Source of the DNA: Azolla caroliniana
Lineage: Eukaryota; Plantae; Polypodiophyta
Assembly (NCBI GenBank): GCA_043228905.1
Contig: JBHGNT010000017.1
Coordinates: forward strand, 1,116,001-1,180,000
DNA: 64,000 bases
Direction of reading: 5' to 3'
The notes below the pieces were generated by a model. It worked only from the letters and a program-made list of their open reading frames with translations. It did no database searches and was not told the DNA's origin. Position numbers and translations under genes: made by a program. This document shows, in pieces, positions 12,901-26,180 of this stretch (position 1 is the stretch's first letter; each line of letters opens with the position of its first letter).

Positions 12901-15398
12901 AGAACAACGATTCTCAAGTTATCTCATCAACTGAAGAAGTATTTTACCCAATCCCGACCCATTATCCAAAAAAGGAAGCTGAACCATCTGATGGTAATGG
13001 TTCACTAGTTCAGCCTATGCCAGTCCCACATGTAAAGAAAATACCTAAGTGGGCTCAACAACTCTTCAATGATCATACTCCTAAAGTTGAGCTTCCTGAA
13101 ACTTCAACTGATGGATTACGAAGATCAAGAAGAATACAGGAGCAAGGAAGAACCTCTGACCACATTGTCAACATGGCTCTGATGGTGGACATCATAGGCT
13201 CAGTGAGTGAGCCGACCTCGGTGGAGGAAGCTATGGCCGACCCGAAGTGGAAAGAGGCGATGATATCAGAATATGATAGCATCATGAAAAATGACACATG
13301 GGAGTTGGTAGAGAGGCCAACAAAGAAGAAGGTGATAGGCACGAAGTGGGTATGGAAAGTAAAGTATAAAGCTGATGGCTCTTTGGAGAAATTCAAGGCC
13401 AGGCTAGTAGCGCAAGGATACTCCCAAATTGAAGGGTTCGATGTACAAGAAACATTTGCCCCGACAGCTCACATGACAACAATTCGAATGGTCATAGCGT
13501 TGGCTGCTTCAAGAGGATGGCCGATTTATCAAATGGATGTCAAATCAGCATTTCTGAATGGGCATCTCAAGGAGGAGGTATATGTGACACAACCACCGGG
13601 GTTTGAGATACCGAATTCAGAAAACAAAGTTTGCAAGCTGAAGAAGGCACTATATGGTCTAAAGCAAGCACCAAGAGCTTGGAACAAGAGGATAGACAGC
13701 TTCTTACGATCAATCGACTTTAAGCAATGTGCTTCGGATGCAAGTATGTATGTCAAAATGAAGGACGGGAAACAAGTCATCATTATCATTTACGTGGATG
13801 ATCTAGTACTTACTGGTGACCATGAAGAGTGCATTGGCCAAACACAAGAGTGTTTGAAAACTGAGTTTGAAATGACAGACTTGGGGATTCTACACTACTT
13901 CCTTGGAATTGAGGTTTGGCAAACCTCGGTCGGCATCTTCATGTCACAAAGAAAGTATGCAACAGAGATCTTGAAGACCTTCGGGATGATGGACAGCAAG
14001 TCGAAGTCGACTCCAATGGAGTCAAACTGCAAGCTATCCCAAGAAGACTCATCACCAATGGTTGACATAAGGAAGTATAGACAACTAGTAGGAAGTCTAA
14101 TTTTCCTATGCAACACTAGGCCGGATATTTGTTTTGCAGTCAATGTGGTGAGTCGATTCAGCAACAAGCCGAAGGAGACTCATTGGAAAGCTGCTCTACG
14201 TGTATTAAAGTACATTGTGGGTACTTTAAATTATGGAATCTTCTACAAGCCAACAATTGACCAACTTAGTGGATATTGCGACTCCGATTGGGCTGGAGAT
14301 AGTGATTCCAGAAAATCAGTTTCTGGATATTGTTTTTCAATAGGATCTGGAGCTGTTTCATGGAGTAGTAAAAAACAACCAACAGTGGCACTATCTTCAA
14401 CGGAGGCAGAATACAAAGCAACATGCATAGCGGCATGCGAGGTAGTTTGGCTAAGAAGAATCCTTATGGATGTGGCAGTCCCAATAAGGACGGCAACGGT
14501 ATTGAGGTGTGACAATCAGAGTTGCATGGCCATTGCCAAGAACCCCGTATTTCATGCACGTACTAAACACATAGAGATTCAGTATCACTATGTGCGGGAG
14601 CTAATAAATGATGAGATTGTGGAGCTTGAGTACTGTCCAACATCAAAAAATGCTGCAGATATCTTCACAAAGGCGCTTGGAGCAGAACAGTTGCAACAAC
14701 ACCTTCGACGACTAGGTGTTGGCCCAATTCCAAGTGAACTCAATGGGTTGATCATTGAGGGGGCGTGTTAGATATAATCAATGATCAGCCCCAAGTTGTA
14801 AATCTATCCCCATATGTGCTCTTAGAGTGCACATTTTGTGATAGCGCCCCAAATGAGGAGCGGCTAGTGTGCAACTCGACCATATGGGTCGATAAGGTGT
14901 TAATCTAGGAAACCGTAGATGCGTAGGACACAATATATTTAGGAAAGAGAGAAATAGATAAAAGGATTGGCTAATCAAGTTAGCTAGAATATTTTGTGGG
15001 CAAGTTACGATGTACTTAGTCTTGAAGTATGCGTCATTGACTTCAAGATAAGTATTATCTAGCACTAGCCTGTACCTAGGGAGTTGGGTCATATTAAATG
15101 ACAAGTCAGTTGACAGAAAAGGAATATCTCCACTACTGTCAACTGACTTGCACATTTATACTAAGACCAAACATAGATTATAAGTCACTTTTCTCACACA
15201 GTGGTCAGATTGATCATCAGTCCCCACTAATTTTGTAGTGAGCCGGTCCATATCCTATCTAAGCTCTAAGGTGTGAGCGCATGGGAAAACTACCATTTTG
15301 AACTACTCTCATATGTAATAGAAATTCTGTTTTCATATATCCATCTCTGCAGTTGTAACTCTATATACCTATCTACTCGATTCTCAATATTTCTAATA
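9939..15398 (+). mobile_element. Full-length, intact Ty1/copia LTR retrotransposon
   Basis: 633-bp LTRs at 9939-10571 and 14766-15398 with one mismatch seen. tRNA-iMet PBS TGGTATCAGAGC at 10572. PPT GAGGGGGCG before 14766. GTAT(T) flanks both ends. Confidence 0.98.
10677..14771 (+). CDS. Copia Gag-Pol polyprotein, 1364 aa (gag, CCHC, protease, integrase, RT, RNase H)
   Basis: Uninterrupted ORF with [32 protein letters not shown]...[28 protein letters not shown] and YCDSDWAG...TKHIEIQYH, in copia domain order. Confidence 0.98.
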   Translation: MALSTNVAAAPLRIRPPPLSDGKLDGTNYTLWKFKMSAILDSYELLETIMGPTGGDPEPMATFDPAHPTTSIPPNADLLRAWKRRNADALCTIVTGVCDSVLTLVQHTTRAHEAWSILASQYETRNYTRIQNLENQLAAEKLADGEKVESFVKRIKDLQDHLAAVGVVVSQEDMARRCIRVLPFKYDGIVTALNTQVRPTPLKFDELSAMLLEEELRLKTREEREDSAFVSRTKGEGASNSNNANRIPKKKKFNGSCFYCDKKGHTIKDCRKKMADEKNGSNKTSWREPKSANNVVDELELWVATEEVCSSVDTQVVDESWILDSGASRHMTSNRDWYSSWTPLQEPINVVVGNNARCPAKGTGTVSLKATTGGTKHLSQVLYVPDLKKNLLSISALTDKGLDVRFKKSGAEITDSAGKVVGIGVRRNNLYELSAFTISTDHSTSTNTKQWHERFGHLNVAVLKEMKKSNMVVGLPTLSDLSHVCDACMMGKHQRSAIPKESQNRAKTPLQLIHIDLSGKMVTPAMGGSLYYMLIVDDFSRKMWVYFLREKAEAFKIFKRWHKFVEQESGKLVKELRSDRGGEFLSIEFCEYCKEHGIKRQLTTAYTPQQNGVVERRNRTVVEMARCMLKAQALPDPFWAEVVNTTVYILNRSYTKALQGKTPQEAYSGKKPSVLHFRTFGCMCYAHIPDVSRKKLDAKSKKCIFLGYSEESKAYRLYDPEARKILTSRDVVFDEEQPQLAENNDSQVISSTEEVFYPIPTHYPKKEAEPSDGNGSLVQPMPVPHVKKIPKWAQQLFNDHTPKVELPETSTDGLRRSRRIQEQGRTSDHIVNMALMVDIIGSVSEPTSVEEAMADPKWKEAMISEYDSIMKNDTWELVERPTKKKVIGTKWVWKVKYKADGSLEKFKARLVAQGYSQIEGFDVQETFAPTAHMTTIRMVIALAASRGWPIYQMDVKSAFLNGHLKEEVYVTQPPGFEIPNSENKVCKLKKALYGLKQAPRAWNKRIDSFLRSIDFKQCASDASMYVKMKDGKQVIIIIYVDDLVLTGDHEECIGQTQECLKTEFEMTDLGILHYFLGIEVWQTSVGIFMSQRKYATEILKTFGMMDSKSKSTPMESNCKLSQEDSSPMVDIRKYRQLVGSLIFLCNTRPDICFAVNVVSRFSNKPKETHWKAALRVLKYIVGTLNYGIFYKPTIDQLSGYCDSDWAGDSDSRKSVSGYCFSIGSGAVSWSSKKQPTVALSSTEAEYKATCIAACEVVWLRRILMDVAVPIRTATVLRCDNQSCMAIAKNPVFHARTKHIEIQYHYVRELINDEIVELEYCPTSKNAADIFTKALGAEQLQQHLRRLGVGPIPSELNGLIIEGAC

Positions 15399-17419
15399 GT
15401 ATTTATATGCATTTAAATGATACTATTGTATCACTAAACTTATCACCTAACACAAAGTGGTATCAAAAGACTAAATAGCAAAAATGACGAATCTTACTCT
15501 CTTCAACTAAATTTGGAGATTATAATGGAGATACATCAACAAGAAGCGATAATTTATTATATATTCTTTGAGCAAGTGAACATTGTTTCATGGCAAGCTT
15601 TTAGATTTCAACTTGAGTACTCGATCAAACTTTAAGATCGTAATTCAAAATACATTGTGTAAATAACTTTAGGTGACAAATAAGATTGATACATGCTAGT
15701 TGTGTTATATATTAGTAGATAATTAGTTAGTGTTATATATTATAAGCCTCATGCTTCTCATGTACATATGAACTTATGGGTACATATGCTTTCCATATGC
15801 CCCTACAAAATAATTAAAGCTTTTGAAATAATTTCAATATCTTTTAGCATGTAATTAAGGTTAGTACTATCTTGAACTAATTGGCTTTTTAAATGGCCAA
15901 TTGAGGTTTATTAGAGGTAGATGCACAAACGTTCATTGCAAAGTTCCATTTAATCCTTCTACACATCCAATATGATACCATCATCAATCAACATTGCAAA
16001 AGAATCACCTTCAACATCAAATAGGCTATATATGCATCAATAACATCCAACTACATGCCTCCAAGAATTTTATTCTTCTTTATGCAACCACAACATGTCA
16101 TTTGGTTTGAAACTATTACCCCTCAAAGCTTTAAAGAAAGAAAGAAAGATATATTAACGTCTTCTAAGACCAAATTTGGCCCATGGGACAATTGGTTAGA
16201 ACGAAATGGGATGTGTATCCACCCAATCATTGAAAATAAAAATAAAATAAAGATTAGATAGAAGAGTTTCAGCATTGTACAAAATTTGTGTATCAAATTC
16301 TTTGAAGTAGTTTCATTTCCATCAAAGTCTCTAGAAAAGGAGGGAGAGGTCAAAGGGTTTCGATATGAGTGGCCCATGGTCCTGATGTAAAATGTAACCC
16401 CACCATAGTTTCTAGATGGTGTACTCATGTTCCCTTATCTTCTTAATGGTGTCAACCCAATGAATGACTTTGAGGCCCCACATCCGAGGGCATTTGGTTG
16501 TTCTTTGGTTGAAGAGACCAAAAAACTTGAAGAACCTAGAGGACGAATAAATTATTAGAATATTCTTATTTGTATCACAAACTCAACATTTATGTGTTAT
16601 GCATGGACAAGAGCTTTAACTTCAACCCCAACATCTACGACTAATTTTGAAAAAAAACAGCGAGCTCACTTTTTGAGTTCCTTTGCTTGCTAGTAATTTA
16701 GATACATTTCAAAATTGATTAGACACCCAAAATAAGAGACATATCTTTGAATTATATATCAAATGGTTTTTTCTTCAGGACTTCGACGTGTGTCAACATA
16801 TAAGTAAGAAAAACTGCTATCTTTTGATAAAGATGAAAGACAATACGTTTCTGTATGTACCACCTGGCAATTGTGTTCTCACTGAATTTCTTTCACCTTT
16901 GGTATATGCATTAAACCCAATCACAAGTTTATCACACCCACTTTTTAAGCCACATTTCTAACATTGAAACCATTAATCCACATAGAGCAAATACTTGTAT
17001 TTCGAGATAAGCATATATCATCTACTGTAGATAGGACCTGAACTTTATGAACATGAAAACCTTCCCCGAGTCTCTGCTACCGCAATCAATAGGGAGTAGT
17101 TGAAGGCATAATAAGCTGTTTTTGACGGTCCAAATTAGTGAACATAAGTATGATCTAACTATTGTCTTATTTATACTAGTGAACATAGGCTGTAACTCAG
17201 AAATACTGTCGAAATATTTTAAATTCCAGACAGAATTGGATGTTTTAGAGTTTTCATTTTTTGTAACCAGGTAAGGATAGATGATTGAATTAGAATGTCA
17301 AAATAAAAGAAACAGCTCAGTTGCATAGTTGTATGTACATTTACATAGGATTTTAAACATTAATTCTCAGAGAAAATAAGAGCTCATTAGGAGAATGGGG
17401 CTACAGCAAATATTGAGGA

Positions 17420-17850
17420 CATGAACCAAGGGCAATCCAAACGAGAAGGAGAAAACCAACCTCATAAGTTGCTAATTAAGGACCCAATGGATAGTGTTAC
17501 GTGTGTATATACCATAGGGGTTAGAGGAACTGTAATGGAGCTTAATGATTCCTCATGAATCAAGAATTTCTACGACAAGACTTATGTAGTATGTAGTACC
17601 ATAGCATTGACTTATATCTTGGGCCACCAAACCTTGCAGATATGAACCAGGAATAATCCAAAAGAAAAGGGGAAAATGAACCTCAGAAGTAAACTAATTA
17701 ATGATCCTGTTGTTATATGAGTGTACAATAGGGGCTATGGGGACTTTATCGAAGTCTGCAGACTCTTCATGCATTGAGAAGTTATTCAATACAAATTTAT
17801 CTGGTACAATAGCATTATCAGCAACACCAATTGGAGCTTTTGCCTCCAAC
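17420..17850. repeat. Diverged ~225-bp tandem duplication of the UBN C-terminal codons, stop and 3' UTR
   Basis: ATGAACCA.G..AATCCAAA...AACCTCA.AAGT..CTAATTAA.GA.CC...ATAGGGG.TA..GG.ACT...TCATG.AT..AGAA...GTAC.ATAGCATT aligns between ~17420-17610 and ~17640-17820. Confidence 0.75.
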
Positions 17851-20800
17851 ACATTTACATTTTTCACAGCCGCTTTTTCATCTGCATCTATCGCAATGAT
17901 CCTCTTCTGAGCCAACTCGAGGCCACTTTTATGAGTTGTCTCCTTTGTAGCTTCACTTCTTTTGGCTTTTGCACCTCCACTTTTATGTCCCATTGACAGG
18001 GCAAAGACACTTCCTTGGGTAGTGCCTGATGTAATGGCAGATTTTTGGGCAGTTACTATTCCACTTTCGTGTGCTGTTGTCATTGCTGTGATTCTTTTAT
18101 GGGCCATCTCTACATTACCTTTCTTTTGGATTGCTACAAGGCTGCTTCTATGAGCTGTCAACATCATACTGCTGCTTTTCTGGGCAGTGTCCATCGAATT
18201 GCCAATCTTTTGGGCTGTCACCTTTGGGATGCCATTTTTTTGAGTCCTCTCCACTGCAATGCCCTTTTTCTGGGCTATCACATTGCCACTTTTATCAGCC
18301 ATTACAATGCTTCCTTTTTCTGTCGTAGAAATACCACCTATATCAGCCACAGTAACATTGCTTTTATTGTCCCTAGCAGCACTACTTTTATCTGCTCTAG
18401 CAAAGCCACTTTTATTTGCAATATCAACCCCATTTTTTATTTCCATGGCAATCTCGCTATTAACTGCCATACCAATTGTACAACTTTTATCTGCATCCCT
18501 GTTCACTTTCTTCTTTGTTGGCACCATGCCTTTCTGGTTCTTATCAATACTCCCTGGGCCGCCATTATACTTAGCTTCTACACTTTGTTCATACTCAATA
18601 TCCTTATGTCTTTGTTCAATGGAAGCTCTGCTAGTTTTCCCTAACAGGGATTTGTCATGTACAGGTGCACTCGACTGCAGAAGAGGCTCCCCATTTGTAT
18701 CTAAGCTTTCCATTCTTGGCTTCAAAGCAGGATGTCGTCGCTTTCCTTCTGAGCTCTACAATAACAGTAATGAATTGGTAGTCCAACAACTGAAATAACT
18801 TTGCTAAGTTGTGTTTAGTGCACCTAGTGATCCTATCACATGTACTCATAATTCATATTTCGGACCAGCAGTTAGAAAAAAACAGAGCATTTTTTTCCTA
18901 TTTTACACTCTATGACATCCTAACCTTATGTTGCTTCTGTGTCTCAAACTGTCACATTATTTTTAGAATTTTTCCATCAATCTATATGTCAAGACCCAAC
19001 ATTCAATGATCATGGAAGTCTAGTGGTCAGGAATAAAGAAATGCACTGGTTAACTTCCCTTCTTTATGGATAGTTAAGCTAAGAAACGGGAAAAGGAAGC
19101 CCACCATGACAAAGTTAACTTACATTGCAAACTTTTTTCAGCCTCCTCTTCCTATCCTTAGCTCTACGCAAAGCAAGTTTAATCCCAATGTTATCCATCC
19201 ATCCATCGGGCCAAAGCTCCACAAGCTATGAAAATAGTACATTATTGGTATTGAACAAATGGAAGTAAATAAAATTCCCATTCCATATTATGCTGAAATG
19301 GGTACCTCAGCATACAGCTTCCTTACGTGTGGACCCTTATTCTCATCCATTCCCTACAATCAGTCAAGACGAGATTTAGAGAAACCAGAAAAGAAAATGC
19401 ACCAGAAAATATAGTTTAGATTCACGAAACCTCAATGTATTGCTCATATAGGTCGCATATTTTATCTTCCGTAGCATGGTCCCAATTATATCGGCCTTCT
19501 CCATTTGCTTGTAAGTCCTCTGACTTGCCAGAATCCTAAATAAGGCCGAACATATCGGTTTGATTACATAATGTTTGACTTGTTACATCAACAAGCATAA
19601 TAAGAGCCATGGATCATAAAAGTAACATAGAACCTGTGCTTGAAGACTACGAACTCTTGATCCGATCATCTCTATAACCTCCTCTTTGATACCTCGTAAA
19701 CGCCCTTCCTTCTCTTGGATAGCAGACAGACCCATTTCTATCATTGCTTTCAAATTCCTCTAGATAGACATGAGCAGAAAGTTAATATCTTTGTTAATAT
19801 ATGCAAATGCATACAAACATGGACCGTATTGAGATCACTCCTTAAATTGTCCATAAAAAACACACCTTCAAAGTTTTTACTCGCATCATATGGCCCAAAA
19901 TTCCCATGAGTCGTTCAATTAGCTCATCTGCAATTCTCCCTTGCTTGGCCTGTCACAGTAGCAATGCATCAATCACTAACAATGCCAACAACAGCTCAAA
20001 AGCTTCAAAAGTTAATCAACAACATGATCCATACAGCTAGTCTGGCAACTTTTGTAAGCTTTTGCTTTATATCTAGAGGTAGACGGTTCCTTTTCCCTTG
20101 TTCAGGATCCCGAGCAACAAGTGATGGGGGACATACTGTGATCATTTTCATTTTCAGACAATGTACACCTTTGAATAAAGAATCAAGAAAAGAATCAAAA
20201 TATTTGTATTTCCTCACATTCCGCCACTCCCTTTTCCAACTCCAAAAATGCTTTCTCTAGAGTTGTCCCTTTAGCATGTGCTGGGCTAAATTCTCTCCCC
20301 ATAGTTGATGATGACTTCTGTTCCAAACAAAAGTAGAGAAGTTCAAAAAACATTGTCCCAAGTGTTTGGTGATCTAAGAAAAAGGCAAATCATATAAATG
20401 TCTTTACAGCCAGCATGGTCTCTTTCAAATTGTCCTCTTTAATAACTTTCTGCACAGTTATTGGCTTCGGCACTTTTGTTGACATATCTTTGTGCTCCAT
20501 AAGAAAAGAATCACTTTCAAGAGGTTCATTGACATCAAGCAATTTCGATCCTTGATCTTTTGTATTAATGTCAGATACAGAGTCCACAACTGACCTATCC
20601 TTCATGGCTCCAAGAACCTCTTTTCCACCTGACATTTTCTTGGCTGGATCTGAAGGCTTGAGACAAAGTTTCCCTTTGTTAGAATTGGAGGAAGCTAAGG
20701 CAAAAGAAGGTGAACAAGTGTTAGCTTTTGTTCTGGATCCAGAATTTGCTTTTTTCCTTCCATCCTTATTAGATTCTTCGTCTAACTTCTTGGTATCCTT

Positions 20801-20851
20801 TTTCCTCTTCTTTTGTACAGCTACAGGACATAATTCAGGTCTGCAAATAGT

Positions 20852-20885
<34 letters not shown>

Positions 20886-22111
20886 TGCGCACACGCACAA
20901 ATGTAGAAAGAACATTGGGAATGGTAATCATGGTCCTACAGTATGCAGCGATATGATGCAATTCAAAAAAGATGATGGGGGCTCTCAAACCATTTTTCAT
21001 TCATTGTGCTCTAATGATTAACATTCAGCGGACCAAGATCATACTATCAGAACACTCTGGAAGATATCTCGGAAGACTCACAGGCCTCTCAAACCATTTT
21101 GGGAGAAAACATTGGGAATGGTAATCATGATCCTACAGTATGCAGCGATATGATGCATTCATTGTGCTCTAATGGTTAACATCCAAAAGACCAAGATCAT
21201 ACTGTCAAACCACTCTGGAAGATACCTCAGAAGACTCAGGGGCCAGGGGGCTCTCAAGGCATTTTGCAATCATAGTGCTCTAGAGTCTAAATCATTATCA
21301 TTCAAAAGATCAAGATCAGAAGATACCCTGGAAGATTCCCAAAACATAATGATGACTATTGCATTCATACTGCTCCAATGGTTAGCATCCAAAACCAAGA
21401 TCATACTTAACAAAACACTCCAGAAGATGCCTCTGAAGATTCACAAAACATGATGGGGGATCTCAAGACATTTTGCAATCGTAGAGCTTTATGGTTAGCA
21501 TCCAAAAGATAAAGGTCGAACTTGTCAAAACACTCCTGAAGCTACCTTGAAGTATTTGCAAAAAATGATGAGGGCACTTGAAGTCAGTCTAATTTGTATT
21601 GATTATTAACAATACTTATTTTTGCCAACTTTGAAAGCTCATATTTATCCTCCAACACTCCCAGCTCCATGTACCATTCATGGACTTCACGAGCAATTCT
21701 TGATCACTCTAACCTTGGGATCAAGTGGAGACAGAGACAATTTGTAAAAGAATCTGACATCTTTTAAATGCAACCATCACCAGGAGCATTAGAAGCACAA
21801 AAAACGAGAATGTTACAAACAGCGCTCAGCTAGAAAAACCTATTTCTAGGTATTTTGTGAACCTTAAATTTCATCTGTGATAAAATTCTTTTTCAATTCT
21901 TCACAAGTTCTAAATCTAAACTATTTCTTTTTAAGCAGTATTTAGCTCTTACGTATGTGTGTGAGGCATAAGGCTACAGAATAAATGTTGAGACAACTTA
22001 CTCTTGTTGTAGCGTTCCCCGATTCACAAAGAAACCATCATGCTTTAATTTTGCATTCTCCACTGAAAAGTAGTCGTTCTGCCAAGTAGCATCATAATAT
22101 GCAGAAATTTG

Positions 22112-22149
<38 letters not shown>

Positions 22150-23999
22150 AACTAGTGAAAAAGGGTGTATTAATGTAGAAAAAAACATGTAATATATGTC
22201 TAGATTCTCATGAAAAAAATTTACCAATTCGGAGTCATCTATGAAAGAATCTCTGGTATCATACTTGTCATCATCTAGACTATCACTTAATTCATCATCA
22301 CTGTCACCTCCCTGAATCAGCCAAAATGATATTGCATCAAACAATTATAATCCAAAATGGACAGCTATATTCTTTCCGAGGCCAACCTGATATAGCCGCT
22401 CAATCCTTTCAATCATTGAATTAAATCGATTTGGCGGAGGAGGGAGAACATCTTTTTCTTTAACAACCTGAAGAAACAATGTGTACAGAGGCATTTCCAT
22501 AAAACAGAGAAGATATATATGTCATAACAATGGCCATAAACAATTTAGACTTCCTGTTCTAAACATTCACTATTTTTTAATCCTAAAATGATAAAAAACT
22601 GTCTTGTTTATGAAGACAGTTTTATTCAGTGTACTATGAATAAACCTAAAACAAATATCATACTTATGAGGACACCAATTTCTTTCAATATATGGAAAAC
22701 CCTAAACCGCTATTACTTAATCCTAAAAAAATGGTACTTGCACAGAACTTTCTTCTGTATACTGAGAAACACTAAAACACAACTCTGCTGGATCAGGACA
22801 TAAATTTTATCAATATACTACAAAGCTCTAAACTGACAATTTCCTTGACCTCAAAAAGACATAAAATAAGACATAAAATTCTTCAGAATACTGCAAAATC
22901 CTTAAAAAACTACCCATTATCTTTAAAGAATACAAATTTGATTTTTCTTAGTATACTATAAGACATTAAACAGGACAACTGGGTCTTTAAGAGCAGAATG
23001 AAAATATCACCACTTTACTAAGGGACACAAAAGAAGCTCCAGGAAAGCATTCTGAAAGATAAATGAGCCTTTAAACATAATTTAAAACCCTTGAAACATT
23101 TCACGGAAAGGTTTGGATTGTGGAACACTTAAAAAAGGGTTTTCTGGAGCAGGACAAAATGTTTTCTATGTACTAAAACATAAACTGTAAAAAACTACAA
23201 AAGATAAATGGGTCTTACAGAACAACACAGACCTTTCATTCATTATACTGTACAACGCTCAAAAGGAAAATGGAACCTTAAGAACAGAACAGGAATTCCT
23301 TCACTATACTATAAAACCCTTAAAGAAGCTCAAGGAAGGGGTCGTACTAGCTAAATGTGAAACCTACCAAAATGTGAAGAAAAATATTGAATTGTATTAA
23401 CCTCAGAAATAGTTCAAAGCCTTAAAAATCAAAAGCTTTAGTAACACAGGAAAACCCTAAAAGCAAAATCCCTGCGAAAGGGAAAAGGCTTCCATGATAC
23501 TGTAAAACCCCACAAGTAAAAAACAGCTTGATAATACCCTAATACCCTAAAACCCCAAATCAAAATCGGTTTTGGATGTACCGCAAAACCCTAGAATAAA
23601 AATGCTTCAGTGATACTATAAAACACTGAGTCTAGAACTCGCAAATACAAATACCTAAAAACAGAAGTCGCAAATGCAAAACCACCAAAGCCTAAAAAAT
23701 TTAGGCGCCTAAGTGAGAGCAGTAAACTTTTAAAAAGGATAAAATGTAGCTCAGTGTTTTGGTACATTGTTAACCTCAGGAGGAGCGAAGCGCGCTTCAA
23801 GAGCAGGGTGAGCTCCGACAGGGCGTGAGAGTGAAAATGTCTGAGGATGAGGATGAGGATGAGGATTATAGCTATCCTTCTGAAGCTTCCTCCAAGAAAC
23901 AAATGTGGTCTCTCCATCCTTCAATTCCACATAGAAACGCTCTGTCCCTGTCCCTGTTCTTGTTGTAGGTATAGAGGGAGAAGAAGCAGCAGCAGCCAT
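17694..23999 (-). CDS. UBN: Ubinuclein (HIRA complex subunit, HPC2/HUN domain); exons 23999-23775, 22467-22387, 22311-22225, 22078-22002, 20840-20408, 20317-20218, 20135-20035, 19949-19866, 19759-19634, 19535-19431, 19353-19306, 19225-19124, 18755-17694
   Basis: RFYVELKDGETTFVSWRKL, NRFNSMIERIERLY, YDTRDSFIDDSEL, HDGFFVNRG, LEKAFLELEKGVAE, RLPLDIKQKLTKVARLA, WDHATEDKICDLY, RKLYAELVELWPDGWMDN. All GT-AG junctions are frame-consistent. Confidence 0.92.
20905..21570. repeat. Intronic tandem array in UBN intron 4 (~100-bp degenerate unit plus a ~50-bp near-exact duplication at 20911/21108)
   Basis: CAT(T/A)GTGCTCTAATG(G/A)TTA.CATCCAAAAGACCAAGATCATACT...ACACTCTGGAAGATA recurs about 5-6 times. Confidence 0.85.
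22540..23700. repeat. Degenerate ~55-70 bp array around AAACCCTAA-like cores in UBN intron 1
   Basis: (TTC)..TATACT.(C/T)AAAACCCT(T)AAA-like units at ~22640, 22696, 22767, 22822, 22895, 23084, 23313, 23451, 23504 and 23585. Confidence 0.7.
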
Positions 24000-24027
24000 G
24001 GCTGCAATGCTAAGTAAGTGGAGTAAC

Positions 24028-24395
24028 AGAAGAAGAAGAAGAAGAAGAAGAAGAAGAAGAAGAAGAAGAAGAGGCAAATCTAAACCCCTTCCTCCCTCCC
24101 CTTCACAACGTACGAAGGAAGCTTGGAAAAAAGCAGAAAGCACACAGGCTTTTTCATAGTGCAATGTAAGCTCAAAAACACTTCGTTTCTTTCTTTCTCA
24201 TTCTGATGTATGTATGTCTGTATGTATGTCTGTATGTATGTATCTGTATGTATGTACGTACGTATGATGTGTGTATGTATCTGTATGTATGTACGTACGT
24301 ATGATGTGTGTATGTATGTATGTATGTATGTATGTATGTATGTACGTACGTATGATGTGTGTATGTATGTGTATGTGTGTGCATGTGTGTATGTA
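24028..24395. repeat. Microsatellites upstream of the UBN ATG: (GAA)n at 24029-24072 and compound (TATG)n/TACG at 24206-24395
   Basis: Directly visible simple repeats. Confidence 0.95.
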
Positions 24396-25614
24396 GCATT
24401 CTTGGGATGGTGGGTAGCAGCAGGTCAGCTCTAGTTAGCCGACTGAGAGACCGTGTTTTGGCCCTCCTATAGAGAGAATGATGAAAGATGAGCGAGCTCT
24501 TAGAGGATTGCTCGTGGGTACTAGTTTTTGAAACTGCCTTTTAGACGCAACAATTTTTTAGCTTTTCTATAAACAACGAAAAAAGGTGAGGTCTTACCAG
24601 CTTTGATAAGGGTATTGAATTTCCGAAATAATGGGAGACTTTCATGTATAAATATATATGTTGTCGCTCTAATTTCAACGAGTATTGGCCATGATATTGA
24701 CATCGTGATCTAGATTGACCAAGCCCCATGTAGTTGTAGTTGCATAAGAGGGACATATATGATTTCGTATAAACTATAATTTTTTACACATTAGTCATCC
24801 ATATCTAGGGACAATGTTTCTTCATCGTGGGAGGAGATGACCACGTGTAGATCTAAATGGTTTGCATGAAGAGAGAAAGATAGAGTTATGCTTGTCGTGC
24901 GTTTAAGCCTGACATTTTAGAGTGGCATATATTAGCGAGTTTTGAACCCAAATGCATGTGTTAGTGGCCCTTTACTACTATTTCTTACAATACGAGACAT
25001 TTCATCTACTCCATGTCACATTATCATATCAAAAATATATATGTAAACAATTAAGGTTCTACACTATAAAACTTTGTTCAAGATTTATCAAAGCAATCTG
25101 ATTTTACAATGGGTTGACATCATTGGCAGCGTGTGGTGTATAGTTTGGATTAACCAACACTTGGACTCGATAAATCGTAGTTGAATTAAGTTATTTAAGC
25201 TTATATATTGAGCTCAAACACAACGAACAATACATCTCTCTCAAGAAGAAAAGGAAACAAGAATCAATGAAGGAATACGATACTATTTGTCAATATTTGA
25301 AAGAAGAAATCAGGACGAGTTCATCGATCCAAGCAAAAGGTAGGAAAATCTAAGAAGCTGCAGACATTGCTACAGAACAATACGCTTGCTTGCCTTCATA
25401 ATGAAGATACATCCATCCTTGGCCTTGGCCCAAATCCAAATCGTGGGGGCGTTGGTTTATGTAGGACCCACATGTGGGCACCACACTTTGTTTGCTGCTT
25501 GGGTATATGTCTGAGATGCTCGACTTCTAATGAACTCCTGATGACAGATTGGATTGCTCGATCAATTATAAAAGACGAGAAAAGCCAAATGACTCATACT
25601 CGGTCAATAGAGCT

Positions 25615-25648
<34 letters not shown>

Positions 25649-25764
25649 TTATACATTAATATAACTAATAAAGCTTGGACATGTTTGGTTGGTCTCATTG
25701 GGACCCAGGTGCCTAAGGAGGAAATCGAGTGTTTTAGTGGCATTCTCGTGAATATATATATTAT

Positions 25765-26180
25765 TAACAATCGGCAACCTGAACCGAACCGTGAAACCAC
25801 AGCTTAACGGTTTCAATGGTTCGGTTCGGTTTTAACAGCCAAAAACTGTGGTTTTAACGGTTTTTTATTTATTTAAATTTAAAAAATAAATAAATTGTTT
25901 TTAAACAATCTTTTCATTTTTAGATCCTATTCTCACATTTTAGGAACATCTTAAAAATTTTAAACATTTTAAAGAATGAAATATTATAAATTTTAAAAAT
26001 TAAAAATTTGACCTATGTTGAAAACCGAAACCGAACCACGAAACCGTAGTTTTTACGGTTTAATAGTTTAACAATTTGAAAACTGTTTAACGGTTCGGTT
26101 CTATTTGGTTCAGGTTTCAAAAAATTTAAACGGTTCGGTTTTGACCCTTTCAAACCGAACCGAACCATTGCCGATTGTTA
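25765..26180. mobile_element. Non-autonomous hAT-like DNA transposon (MITE), 416 bp
   Basis: Perfect 13-bp TIRs TAACAATCGGCAA / TTGCCGATTGTTA. Many subterminal AACCG/CGGTT motifs and an AT-rich core. Flanking 8-mers TATATTAT and TAACTTAT match at 6/8, consistent with a decayed 8-bp TSD. Confidence 0.82.

Noticed and set aside
15950-16560. Coding-like stretch between the copia and UBN, possibly LINE-derived
   Set aside because: No diagnostic motif in any frame.
18045-18798. Plus-strand 179-199 aa hydrophobic ORFs
   Set aside because: Antisense shadows of the repetitive UBN last exon.
24172-24434. HTY- and MYV-rich ORFs
   Set aside because: Translations of the (TATG)n microsatellite.
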